The notes beneath the pieces were generated by a model. It saw only the letters and a program-made list of their open reading frames with translations. It did not search any database and was not told the DNA's origin. 64,000 nt of DNA from Candidatus Cloacimonadales bacterium (GTDB lineage Bacteria > Cloacimonadota > Cloacimonadia > Cloacimonadales > JAIOQZ01): NCBI GenBank assembly GCA_963674825.1, contig OY771587.1, forward strand, positions 320,001 through 384,000. The letters are read 5' to 3'. A program made the translations under genes and the position numbers. This document shows positions 48,284 through 58,555 of this stretch, one piece after another. Positions within the stretch are counted from its first letter, which is position 1. Each line of letters starts with the position of its first letter.

Positions 48284-50152
48284 ATGGCTGAAGAAACTCA
48301 TGAAACCAAAGATGACCTGAAAAAAGGCTCCCTCAAAATACATAGCGAAAACATCTTCCCCATCATCAAGAAATGGCTCTATTCAGAGCATGATATCTTT
48401 GTCAGGGAGCTTGTATCCAACGCGACCGATGCTCTCAGCAAGCGTAAAGCGTTAGAACCGGAGATCGACGAAGAGACATTCCGCGTCGAGATCAAGATTG
48501 ACAAGAAAGAACGCCGTATCGATTTCATTGACTACGGTATCGGTATGGACGCGACCGAAGTGAAAAAGTATATCAATCAGATTGCTTTTTCCGGCGCTGA
48601 GGAATTCATCGAGAAATTCAAGGACAAACAGTCCAACATCATCGGCCATTTCGGACTCGGCTTCTATTCCGCCTTCATGGTAGCGGAAAAGGTAACCATT
48701 GATACCCTCTCCTACAAGAAGAACGCCAAACCAGCCTTCTGGGAATGCGATGGCTCAACCGAGTACGCAATGGGACCCGGTACACGCGAGGAAGTGGGAA
48801 CAACCGTTTCTATCTATCTGAACAAGGATAACGACGAGTACCTCGAAGAAAGCAAATTGCAAGGTATTCTGGAGCGATTCTGTAACTTCATGCCCTTCCC
48901 CATCAAACTCGGAGACAACGACATCAACCTTCAGGAAGCGCTCTGGCTGCGCAATCCTTCCGATGTCAAGGAAGAGGAATACAAGGAATTCTACAAGAAG
49001 ATGTTCCACGACTTCGAGGATCCACTCTTCTGGATTCACCTCAATGTCGATTACCCATTCAATCTCAAGGGCATCCTCTTCTTCCCGAAGATCCGCAATG
49101 AACTGGATATCAATCGAGGCGAAGTGAAACTTTACTGCAACAACGTCTTCGTAGCGGACAATCTCAAGGAGTTCATCCCCGAATTCCTGCTCCTGCTCCG
49201 CGGCGGCATCGACGTCCCGGATATCCCGCTGAACGTCTCACGCAGCTTCCTGCAGCACGATAAACAGGTTAGTAAGATTTCCAAGTACATCGTCAAGAAA
49301 GTCTCGGATCACTTTAAGTCTCTCTTCAAAGAGGACCGGGAGAAATACGAAGAACTCTGGAAAGACATGAATCACTTCGTCAAAGTGGGACTCCTGACAA
49401 ACGAAGACTTCTTCGAGCAACTCAAGGATCTGGTAATCTACAAGACATCCGAAGACCGTTGGGTTACACTCGAGGAGTACAAAGAGAGCAATCAGAAGGA
49501 TCTAAACTTTGTCAAACCACTCGACGAGGAAAAGAGCGAAAACAAGACCTATCGCTACTTCTATTCCCCAGGCGAGAACTCACAGGTCACCTACTTGAAG
49601 ATGATGAAAGAGATGGGCGCGGAAGTTATCTTTACCGATTCACCGCTCGACACACACCTCTTCCAGCGCTTCGAGATGAGCATGCCGTTTACTGGCTTTG
49701 CACGGATCGACTCCGAGCTACTGGACGATGTGGTTGATAGCGAGAAAGCTGAAGTGGTTGACGCGGAAAACAAGACGGAAGCAGAGCGAGTCAAAGACAT
49801 CTTCGATAAAGCGCTGGAGAACAAGCAGATCACGATCGAGCCCAAGCGTCTGAAATCCAGCGAGATCGCGTCGCTGGTCGTTCTCAATGAGCACATGCGC
49901 CGGTTCCAGGAGATGAGCATGCTGATGCCGGGCTCGAAAGCCGACCTTTTAGCGAGCCACAAGCTGGTTGTCAATATCGAGAACCCGACCGTCAAGAAGA
50001 TCATGAAGCTCAATGCACTCGGCAAGGATGGGGACGTCAAACTTCTCTGCACCTATCTGCATCAGCTTGCACTGATCGAGCAGAAACGCTTCGACGGTGA
50101 TGAACTGCGCAGCTTCCTCGACAACGCCAATCAGGTTCTACGCATGCTGTAA
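48284..50152 (+). CDS. htpG: Chaperone HtpG (Hsp90)
   Basis: IIKKWLYS, RELVSNATDA, DYGIGM, IGHFGLGFYSAFMVA, IPLNVSRS. Confidence 0.96.
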   Translation: MAEETHETKDDLKKGSLKIHSENIFPIIKKWLYSEHDIFVRELVSNATDALSKRKALEPEIDEETFRVEIKIDKKERRIDFIDYGIGMDATEVKKYINQIAFSGAEEFIEKFKDKQSNIIGHFGLGFYSAFMVAEKVTIDTLSYKKNAKPAFWECDGSTEYAMGPGTREEVGTTVSIYLNKDNDEYLEESKLQGILERFCNFMPFPIKLGDNDINLQEALWLRNPSDVKEEEYKEFYKKMFHDFEDPLFWIHLNVDYPFNLKGILFFPKIRNELDINRGEVKLYCNNVFVADNLKEFIPEFLLLLRGGIDVPDIPLNVSRSFLQHDKQVSKISKYIVKKVSDHFKSLFKEDREKYEELWKDMNHFVKVGLLTNEDFFEQLKDLVIYKTSEDRWVTLEEYKESNQKDLNFVKPLDEEKSENKTYRYFYSPGENSQVTYLKMMKEMGAEVIFTDSPLDTHLFQRFEMSMPFTGFARIDSELLDDVVDSEKAEVVDAENKTEAERVKDIFDKALENKQITIEPKRLKSSEIASLVVLNEHMRRFQEMSMLMPGSKADLLASHKLVVNIENPTVKKIMKLNALGKDGDVKLLCTYLHQLALIEQKRFDGDELRSFLDNANQVLRML

Positions 50153-50258
50153 AGTTCTGTTGAACACGCAAATGCAAAATCTGCGAAAAAATCATAAAAA
50201 ACGATTGCTTCTTTCGAGGGGCAATCGTATTTTTACACCCAAATTATCTGGAGGAAAT

Positions 50259-50711
50259 ATGCGCAAGATACTTTCGATACTCATTGTTCTCACGATCTTT
50301 GCAGCTCTGTCGGCTCAAGATAAACCAGTTGGCACTCCTCACGCGATCGTAATGAAGCTCTATCATGAAGATGGTGAAACGACGCATAGTGAAATCTCGC
50401 TGAAATTTATCAATGAAGAATACATGGGACCCGGCCTCGGACCGTTCTATATGAATTGGGAAGGAGAGGAAGACACAGCTCTTGGCTCGAAATACGACGC
50501 TCCGACCGGCACGCTTCTCATCCAGCTTGGCGTTCTCAGCGTCAAGGGCGAAGGCCATCACATTCACGTCTGGCTCATCGGCGATGACGGAGCAGAGACC
50601 GAGTTTGTCGTACCAATGGCAGGCGGGGCCGTTACAATCGTCGAAGACTACTATTTCGGTAAAGCGCCCTACAAAGTCAAATCGGATCCGACCAAGAAGT
50701 ACGGCGAATAG
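50259..50711 (+). CDS. Hypothetical secreted protein
   Basis: GGAGG RBS; signal peptide MRKILSILIVLTIFAALSA. Confidence 0.75.
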   Translation: MRKILSILIVLTIFAALSAQDKPVGTPHAIVMKLYHEDGETTHSEISLKFINEEYMGPGLGPFYMNWEGEEDTALGSKYDAPTGTLLIQLGVLSVKGEGHHIHVWLIGDDGAETEFVVPMAGGAVTIVEDYYFGKAPYKVKSDPTKKYGE

Positions 50712-50734
50712 CCGTTCATCAGGAGATATACTAC

Positions 50735-52183
50735 ATGGAACGTACTTGCGGTATTTTACTGCATCCGACATCCCTCCCGTCACCGTACGGTATAGGCGAT
50801 TTCGGGACCAGCGCCTATAAATTCGTCGATTATCTCAAAGCTGCCGGACAGGATATCTGGCAGATCCTTCCGCTGACCTATCCCGGTTACGGTAATTCAC
50901 CCTACAACGCCATCTCGGCTTTTGCCGGCAATCCGGCCCTGATCGATCCCATTCAACTACTTCAAATGGGCCTGCTGGATCGAATGGAAGTGCTGCAAGT
51001 ACCGCAATTCAATCCCAACAAGGTCGACTACGGTCCTGTTATCGACTTCAAGAACGACCTCATGCGTAAGGCCTTCGAACGCTTTCAAAAGAAAGCCATT
51101 CCGGAAGACTTCAAGCAGTTCCTGAAAGAGAACGAATATTGGATCAACGATTTCACGCTCTTTATCACGCTCAAATACCACTTCCAGCACCTCCCGTGGA
51201 ATCAGTGGGATGAATCGTTCCATGATAACCGCTCCGGGGAGACGCAGGAACTGTATAAAACCATGCAAAAGGAGAGCGACTACCACGCGTTTGTGCAGTA
51301 TATCTTCTTTATGCAGTGGAACAAGCTGAAAAAATACGCAAATGACAATGGTATAAAGATTGTCGGCGACTTACCTATCTACGTATCCTACGACAGCGCA
51401 GATGTATGGAGTCATCGAGAGCTCTACCACCTGGATAAATTCGGCAGACCAGAGATCGTCGCCGGCGTTCCGCCAGACTACTTCTCCGAAACCGGTCAGC
51501 TCTGGGGAAATCCCATTTACGACTGGGAAGTGATGTTCAAAAACGGTTACAACTGGTGGATTCACCGCATGGGTCACCTGCACAAGATGGTGGATATCGT
51601 CCGTATCGATCACTTCATCGGCTTTGTGCGCTACTGGGCTGTACCCTTTGGCGAAAAGACAGCCATCAACGGTGAATGGCGAACCGGCCCCGGTAAGCTT
51701 TTCTTCCAGGCTCTGATGGATCGCTACCCCGACTACCCTATCATCGCGGAAGATCTCGGCGTGGTAACGGACGAAGTGATCGAACTACGTAACCAGTTCG
51801 GATTCCCCGGCATGCAAGTCTTGCAGTTCATGTTCGACGACATGCAGTGGGATTTCGAGGATAATACGGTCGTCTATACCGGCACGCACGATAATGACAC
51901 AACACGCGGTTGGTTCGAGAAGCTCGAGCAAGAAAACCCGAACCTGTATCACAAGGTCAGAGAGTACCTTGCAACCGACAACGACAGCATCGCACATGAT
52001 CTCATCGAATTCGCATATCAGACTAATGGGAACTATGTGATCATACCGCTGCAAGACGTGATGAACCTCGGAACAGACGCTCGCATGAACCTCCCCGGAA
52101 TGGCGGATGGAAACTGGGAATGGCGCTATCGTGAAGAAATGCTCAACATGGATGATGCCAACTGGCTGAAAAGCCTTCGATAA
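50735..52183 (+). CDS. malQ: 4-alpha-glucanotransferase (GH77)
   Basis: GILLHPTSLP, GVPPDYFSETGQLWGNP, RIDHF, IAEDLG, YTGTHDNDT. Confidence 0.96.
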   Translation: MERTCGILLHPTSLPSPYGIGDFGTSAYKFVDYLKAAGQDIWQILPLTYPGYGNSPYNAISAFAGNPALIDPIQLLQMGLLDRMEVLQVPQFNPNKVDYGPVIDFKNDLMRKAFERFQKKAIPEDFKQFLKENEYWINDFTLFITLKYHFQHLPWNQWDESFHDNRSGETQELYKTMQKESDYHAFVQYIFFMQWNKLKKYANDNGIKIVGDLPIYVSYDSADVWSHRELYHLDKFGRPEIVAGVPPDYFSETGQLWGNPIYDWEVMFKNGYNWWIHRMGHLHKMVDIVRIDHFIGFVRYWAVPFGEKTAINGEWRTGPGKLFFQALMDRYPDYPIIAEDLGVVTDEVIELRNQFGFPGMQVLQFMFDDMQWDFEDNTVVYTGTHDNDTTRGWFEKLEQENPNLYHKVREYLATDNDSIAHDLIEFAYQTNGNYVIIPLQDVMNLGTDARMNLPGMADGNWEWRYREEMLNMDDANWLKSLR

Positions 52184-52200
52184 ACAACATCTTTAGATAA

Positions 52201-52234
52201 AAAACCGGTGGGAATTTGCTTTCTCACCGGTTTT
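52201..52234. terminator. Bidirectional intrinsic terminator
   Basis: AAAACCGGTG..CACCGGTTTT between convergent genes. Confidence 0.8.
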
Positions 52235-52260
52235 ATTATGCGCAATATTCTGGCAATTAT

Positions 52261-52439
52261 TTACTCATCCAGAGTCTCGCGTACTCGTGCAGATAACGAC
52301 TGCTCCTCTCAATGGAGCGCGGACGTCCTCGTCCGCATTCACTATCTCTACTCTTTTCACAGAAACGGACAATCTCGGTTGGTTGCCTGCAATCAATTAC
52401 TCATCCAGAGTCTCGCGTACTCGTGCAGATAACGACTGC
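52261..52439. repeat. 43-bp perfect direct repeat of the kinase 3' end enclosing a REP-like B hairpin (52314-52338)
   Basis: TTACTCATCCAGAGTCTCGCGTACTCGTGCAGATAACGACTGC at 52261 and 52397. Confidence 0.92.
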
Positions 52440-55400
52440 ACTGTGAAAGGTTTCTGGATATAGTGCAAGCCTGAATCGAGCACGCCGCGTTTGGCGATAA
52501 CATCATCTGTATAACCAGACATGAACAACACCCGGATATCCGGTTTGATCTCCAGCGCTTTCTCATACACTTGCCGGCCATTCATCTCAGGCATAACCAC
52601 ATCGCTCAGGAGCAAATCGATCTCCCCGTTCATCTCGATAAGTTTCTCGATCGCAATCTTGCCACTCTCCGCACTGATAACTTTGTAGCCATGATGAAGG
52701 AGAATCGATTCTGCAAGCTTAAGCACCTGCTCGTCATCTTCCACAAGGAGAATCGTCTCGACGCCGCCAAGAGAATGCGATGCATTCGCGGTTTCCTCCT
52801 GCATGGTCTCGAGCGCTTCTTTTGCAACCGGAAGACAGACCTTGAACGTTGTTCCTTCCTCCAAGACACTGCTTGCATAAATACATCCACCATGCTGCTT
52901 CACGATTCCGTAAACCGTGGCCAATCCGAGCCCGGTTCCCTTATGCTTGCTCTTGGTCGTGAAGAATGGCTCGAAAATCTGTTTCAATGTCTCTTCGTCC
53001 ATGCCGTGGCCAGTATCACGAACGCTCAGCATTACGTAGAAACCTGTTTTAATCGGTTCGTGATTTGTGATATACGTGTCGTCAAGATACACTCGATCGG
53101 TAGTGATAATCAGGTGTCCTCCATCGGGCATTGCATCTTGGGCGTTTACAGCAAGATTCATGATAACCTGCTCAAGTTGGCCTATATCGCCTTCAATGAC
53201 CAGTTGCTGTTGTCCAAGCTGGATATTCATGGTGATATCCTCACGGATCGACATGCGTAATAGTTGCTCGAAACGCTTCACGAGATTATTGATATCAACC
53301 AGCTCGAACCGAAGGGTTTGCTTGCGACTGAATGCTAGTAACTGACTGACGAGGTCTCTGGCGCGTGTAGCGGCATTTACGATCTGCCGGACCGACTCAC
53401 GGTTCATCTCTGATTGTAAGTTTTCCAGCATCAAGAGTTCACCATACCCCAGAACCGGAGTCAGCAAGTTGTTTAAATCATGGGCTACACCACCGGCAAG
53501 CCTACCGATCGATTCAAGCTTCATAGCCTGATAATATTGTTCCTGCAGTCTCTCGCGCTCTTTCTCGAGCTGTTTTCGCTCAGTTATATCCGTTGCAATA
53601 CCGCAAAGCGCAATCTTTTTACCGGTCTCATCATATACGATCTGGGTACGAGTATCCATGATCAATTCTTTACCGTCAGCACGGTAATTAACTACGATAC
53701 CTTCCCAGCTTCCATTCTTCAGCGTATCGTCATAGATCTCCTGCTGAGTCGCGCCCTGGTGTGCATTATCGCCATATTCTGAGACTTCTCGCCCGATGAA
53801 CTCATCACGCGGAACACCAAGCTGTCGAGCCTCCGCCTCGTTGACATAGGTGATAATTCCATCAAGGTCGGTTACCGTTACGCAGTCGCGTATCTGGCTG
53901 AGTACCAGCGCTTGCAGGCGAAGCTCGGCTTCGGCTCTTTTGCGATCCGTAATATCCATGATCGTAAACGTCTCGCCCATGGAAAGGTCGTCTGGATTGA
54001 GCGGGGCAATGCCAAGCAGGACATCCACAATCGATTTGTCTTTCTTGAGATAACGGGTCTCCACGGTTCCGATCCCAAACTGCCGGATCAGCTCTACACC
54101 CTTTCGGTATGTCTGCTGATACTCCTCTTCGGATGGATACAGGAATCGCGTGTTTTTCCCAACGATTTCACCGCGCGTATAGCCTGTAATTTCTTCAAAC
54201 CGGTCATTCACAGTTTGGATGATTCGCCCAGAGCTGATGCCAATGCCAACAGGCGCAGCACGGAAAATACTGCGCATACGGGCTTCGCTGTCCCGGAGAG
54301 CACCTTCGGTCTCTTTCTGCTCTCGGATATCCTGGAATACTTCGAGGATATGTTCTTTACCGTTTACTACAACACGCTTGGCGTTTTTAAGGATCGGATT
54401 AAACGATTGATCCTTGCACTTGATAAAGGTGTCCATCCCTTCGAATCCGGTTCTGTCCTCAGCCCATATCGGGCATTTCTTGGAAATGGATCCTTTCGGG
54501 CATATAATATCACAGAGTTGGCCAACAAGCTCTTCCCGCTTGTAGCCAGTAATCTCGCATGTCCTGCGATTCACATCGATAATATGATAATCCCGGTCGA
54601 TCAGCACCATGCCACCCGGAAGATTCATATGCAATGTGCGGAAAAGCTCTTCGCTTTCACGCAGAGCCTGCTCGGACTTCTTGCGGTCGCTGATATCGCG
54701 AATCACGCCAATTGATCCCGTACTATCGCCGTGCTGATAAAGCTTGCCCGTCAGTTCGCCCATGAAATAAGTGCCATCGCCACGTTTCATCTTTAGCTGG
54801 AGATCATCCGCGCTTTTTCCCGTCTGCATCGATTCGGAAAATGCAGCGATAGCTGAGTCGATATAATCATCGTGCAAGAATCTCATAAAGGGCTGACCGA
54901 TCATCTCTTCTGGCTTGAGCCGGAAGATCGTCATTGCTGATGGCGATACGTATTTGATAATACCCCGTTCACTTGTAAGGTAGATCATCTCGTTAATCTG
55001 TTCGGTGATTGACCTGAAACGATCCTCACTTTCTCGCAAAGCTGCTTCAGCCTTATTCTTCTCTGTCACATCCTGGAATAGGGCAACCATCTCGTCGGGA
55101 CCAGTTCGAAATGCGTTTATCGAATAAGTTGATTCGGCCAGGTTGTAGTTATATGTGAATTCATCCGAAGCATATAAATCACCTTCAGTAATAATGGATG
55201 TGTATTTATTCACGATCTCATTTATCTTGGCGGTTTGGAATGCATCAACAACCGGTAAGCCCTTGAGTTTTGAATGCTCGATTCCGGTTATCTTGTCAGC
55301 TGCCGGATTAGCACTCTCAAAGCGTAAGATCCCCTCTGAATCAAGCCGGTACATATGTATGCCAAACGGACTGCATTCCACAACACTGCGGAATTTCGCC

Positions 55401-57037
55401 TCGCTGATTTCGAGCGCTCTTTTCCGTTCGATATCATCCGTTACATCGCGTGCACTCGCGTACGCAACATTGATCGATAGATCCGGATGGGATACCCATT
55501 GCAGCACTCGATAAGATCCATCTTTACAGCGATAGCGGTTCTGGAAATCGATCACCTCGCGACCTTGAGTCAGTATTTCACCCGTAATGCGCCTCGTTTC
55601 CTCGACATCATCAGGATGTACGAAACTGAGGAATGGCTTGTCGATAAGCTCATCTTCGGTGTAACCAAGTACGCGAGTAAATGCGGGATTTACCTTCAGA
55701 TAATGCGTTGTTGAGATATCGACAACACAGATCATATCGAGCGACATATTGAAAACACGTGTCAGTTCTGTTTCCGTGCGTTTCTGGTGGGTGATGTTGC
55801 GAACAAATTCAGCTACCCCTTTTATCTCGCCACTCGCGCGATCGCGTATTGGATAGCTATGTAGTTCAAGCCATTCGAGCTCTGTTCCAGGCTTACCGCG
55901 AACAATGCTGCGCTCGGTTTGCCCTGTTGAAAGGCATTTACGGGTCGGGCAGTTTTCACAAGGTTGATTAAAATCATGAAGATTTTGGTTACACTTGTTT
56001 CCTTCCAACGGGAGCTTGTCTTTGAACCATTCGTTCATTACATTATTCACGCGAAGGACGTTCAGATCTTTATCAAGAACACTCACTCCATCGAGAATGC
56101 TATTGAAGAGTTCGGATAGGAAGGTTTCGTTTTCCTCGAGTTTCCTTCTGATGCGATACTCTTCAGACACATCCCTAAACACCATCACGATACCAGAAAT
56201 TTCACCGTTATCGTCGTGGATCGGTGAAGCCGAGTCGGCAATCTGATACTCTTTTCCGTCTCGTGATATTAGAAGCGTGTCATTGGCCAAACCAACAATC
56301 CGTCCGCTGTGCATTGCCTTTTCGATCGGATTCTCGGCAGCATTCCGTGTCCTTGAGTTGACGATGTTGAATACTTCTTTCACTTCCCGGCCAAGCGCAT
56401 CGTCCATCGTCCAGCCTGTAAGCGTTTCCGCAATCGGGTTCATGCGAACAACCCGGCCCTCTATGTCAGTCGCAATCACCGCGTCGCCAATCGAATCCAG
56501 CGTCGTTCGAAGCTTGCTTTCCTCTTCGCGGAGAGCTCTCTCAGCTTTCCTGGTATCGGAAACATCTTGCACCAGACACTCGATGACCCGGCTATGTTCA
56601 CCTTTCATCCAGGATGCGGTTAGTGCAACTTCCACACAGGAGCCATCACGATACCGAAAGCAAGTCCCCCAAGATTCAACACTGCCGTTCTGGTCCATTA
56701 TGTGGAAGAATTTTTGAGCATCTTCAGAATGCAAGAATAGCTCTTCCCTGGCATCCTTAAAGGCTTGGATATCGTCGGGAGAATCGTATCCACAGGTCAG
56801 AGCGAGTGCGGGATTGCAGATGATGATCTTTCCATCTTCATCAAATTGAATGATCCCGTAAAGCGCGTCCGTAAAGATGCGTTTATATCGATCCTTCTCT
56901 TTTTCCAGCTCATCGATTTTCTTCTTTAATTCAGGATAGTAACTCTTATGAGCGGAGAATTTGCCGAATCCCAGCAAACCCTCCAGCTCTTTTGTAGTTT
57001 TTTCGTTTTCGATATCTTTTTCGTTGCGTTTCCCCAT
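52397..57037 (-). CDS. Soluble multi-PAS hybrid histidine kinase with ErcS-like N-terminus
   Basis: GLLGFGKFSAHKSYYPEL; about nine PAS/PAC repeats; AGGVAHDLNN, GTGLGL, receiver domain. Confidence 0.92.
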   Translation of the reverse strand: MGKRNEKDIENEKTTKELEGLLGFGKFSAHKSYYPELKKKIDELEKEKDRYKRIFTDALYGIIQFDEDGKIIICNPALALTCGYDSPDDIQAFKDAREELFLHSEDAQKFFHIMDQNGSVESWGTCFRYRDGSCVEVALTASWMKGEHSRVIECLVQDVSDTRKAERALREEESKLRTTLDSIGDAVIATDIEGRVVRMNPIAETLTGWTMDDALGREVKEVFNIVNSRTRNAAENPIEKAMHSGRIVGLANDTLLISRDGKEYQIADSASPIHDDNGEISGIVMVFRDVSEEYRIRRKLEENETFLSELFNSILDGVSVLDKDLNVLRVNNVMNEWFKDKLPLEGNKCNQNLHDFNQPCENCPTRKCLSTGQTERSIVRGKPGTELEWLELHSYPIRDRASGEIKGVAEFVRNITHQKRTETELTRVFNMSLDMICVVDISTTHYLKVNPAFTRVLGYTEDELIDKPFLSFVHPDDVEETRRITGEILTQGREVIDFQNRYRCKDGSYRVLQWVSHPDLSINVAYASARDVTDDIERKRALEISEAKFRSVVECSPFGIHMYRLDSEGILRFESANPAADKITGIEHSKLKGLPVVDAFQTAKINEIVNKYTSIITEGDLYASDEFTYNYNLAESTYSINAFRTGPDEMVALFQDVTEKNKAEAALRESEDRFRSITEQINEMIYLTSERGIIKYVSPSAMTIFRLKPEEMIGQPFMRFLHDDYIDSAIAAFSESMQTGKSADDLQLKMKRGDGTYFMGELTGKLYQHGDSTGSIGVIRDISDRKKSEQALRESEELFRTLHMNLPGGMVLIDRDYHIIDVNRRTCEITGYKREELVGQLCDIICPKGSISKKCPIWAEDRTGFEGMDTFIKCKDQSFNPILKNAKRVVVNGKEHILEVFQDIREQKETEGALRDSEARMRSIFRAAPVGIGISSGRIIQTVNDRFEEITGYTRGEIVGKNTRFLYPSEEEYQQTYRKGVELIRQFGIGTVETRYLKKDKSIVDVLLGIAPLNPDDLSMGETFTIMDITDRKRAEAELRLQALVLSQIRDCVTVTDLDGIITYVNEAEARQLGVPRDEFIGREVSEYGDNAHQGATQQEIYDDTLKNGSWEGIVVNYRADGKELIMDTRTQIVYDETGKKIALCGIATDITERKQLEKERERLQEQYYQAMKLESIGRLAGGVAHDLNNLLTPVLGYGELLMLENLQSEMNRESVRQIVNAATRARDLVSQLLAFSRKQTLRFELVDINNLVKRFEQLLRMSIREDITMNIQLGQQQLVIEGDIGQLEQVIMNLAVNAQDAMPDGGHLIITTDRVYLDDTYITNHEPIKTGFYVMLSVRDTGHGMDEETLKQIFEPFFTTKSKHKGTGLGLATVYGIVKQHGGCIYASSVLEEGTTFKVCLPVAKEALETMQEETANASHSLGGVETILLVEDDEQVLKLAESILLHHGYKVISAESGKIAIEKLIEMNGEIDLLLSDVVMPEMNGRQVYEKALEIKPDIRVLFMSGYTDDVIAKRGVLDSGLHYIQKPFTVQSLSARVRETLDE

Positions 57038-57057
57038 AAAATCCTCGTCCACAGCGC

Positions 57058-58221
57058 TTACAGCGCTTCGCGGAAAATCCTCTCTATATCTTTATCATTT
57101 GGTTTTCTTGGATTGGTTAGCATACAGGAATCTTTGAGCGCTTTCATTGCCAGCATAGGGATATCTTCTTCCGTTACTCCCCTTGCTCCAAGAGCGCCCT
57201 CGATTCCAACATCCCTTTTCAGCCATCTGACCCTGGAAAGCAGTGTCTGCTTGATTTCCTGACTGGTCATATCATTGGTTTCGATATCCATTGCCTGCGC
57301 TATCTTCCGGTAGCGTGCCTGGCGCTGCTGGTAGTTGAAATCAATCACATGATCGAGCAATAGAGCATTGCATTCACCATGAGGCAAATCGAGCAAACCG
57401 CCCAGACTGTGTGCCATCGCGTGAACGGCACCCAGGCCAGCATTCGAGAAGGCAAGTCCGGCCTTCATGCTAGCCAGCATCACTCGCTCTCGCAACGCCA
57501 TGTTATCATGATCGTGTATTAAGGCTGGAAGATGTTGCCAGATCAGCTTGATCGCATCCAAAGCGAAATTATCCGTCAATGGACCGCTCCCCATTGAAAC
57601 ATATGCTTCAATGGCATGTACCAGCGCATCGATACCAGTGCAGGCTGTAAGATAATTATTCATTGTCGTGGTTGTCTCTGGATCGACAAGTGCGATATCC
57701 GGCACGAGCGCTTTACTGACGATAGCTATCTTACGCTTTTCTTCCGCATTGGTGATGATCGTAAACTGAGATACGTCCGATGACGAGCCTGCCGTAGTTG
57801 GAATGAAAATCAGCGGAGGGACCGTGTTGGTAAGCTTATCTACACCCTCGAATTCGAGGATGTCTCTGCCATGGGAATAAACGATTCCAATTCCCTTGGC
57901 GCAGTCCATCGGGCTACCACCTCCGATCGCGACGATCAGGTTGCAGCCGCTTTTTTCCAGAACGGCAGCGCCATCCATGACCTGCATCGACCGGGGATTG
58001 GGATTTATATTCGAATATAGCTCATATTCAAGGTTTTCTTCTTTGAATTGCTCAAGTATTTCATCTACCCATCCTGCATCGATAACACCCTGATCTGTAA
58101 CCACGAGTATTTTCGACGCCATGAAAAGGTGTGCATATCGACTGACTAACTTCCTTGCGCCGACACCGAAAATTATCTCGGGTGCCACGAATTTTCTCAG
58201 GTGCAGCAGATCTGTCAGCAT
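57058..58221 (-). CDS. ercA: Iron-containing alcohol dehydrogenase, ErcA-like
   Basis: LRKFVAPEIIFG, GGGSPMDCAK, PTTAG, DALVHAIE, HAMAH..GG..HGECNA; sits upstream of the ErcS-like kinase. Confidence 0.8.
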   Translation of the reverse strand: MLTDLLHLRKFVAPEIIFGVGARKLVSRYAHLFMASKILVVTDQGVIDAGWVDEILEQFKEENLEYELYSNINPNPRSMQVMDGAAVLEKSGCNLIVAIGGGSPMDCAKGIGIVYSHGRDILEFEGVDKLTNTVPPLIFIPTTAGSSSDVSQFTIITNAEEKRKIAIVSKALVPDIALVDPETTTTMNNYLTACTGIDALVHAIEAYVSMGSGPLTDNFALDAIKLIWQHLPALIHDHDNMALRERVMLASMKAGLAFSNAGLGAVHAMAHSLGGLLDLPHGECNALLLDHVIDFNYQQRQARYRKIAQAMDIETNDMTSQEIKQTLLSRVRWLKRDVGIEGALGARGVTEEDIPMLAMKALKDSCMLTNPRKPNDKDIERIFREAL

Positions 58222-58555
58222 AGACTCTCCCTTCACCTCTTGGTGCTTTCCAGTTCTTCAATCTCAACAGGTATCCCTGTTACTGGGCTTTGACGTTGCA
58301 CAAACAAGCAGGACCGGCATCCTGCTATATACATGGATAATCTAATCAGTCTATCCGTAATCGCCACAGCTAACTTTGAATCACCACTAACGTGCTGTCA
58401 AACAATGCTTTCGTTTAGCGATACAGTAATGTTGTTCATTTAGTCACCGCATCAATAACCTGATTCACGTGCATTTTTCTTAATTCATTGGGATAATCTT
58501 CTTTACAAAAAATGGCCGGAAGGCCTATCCTGACAAAAACAGAAGGCGGTCAGCC

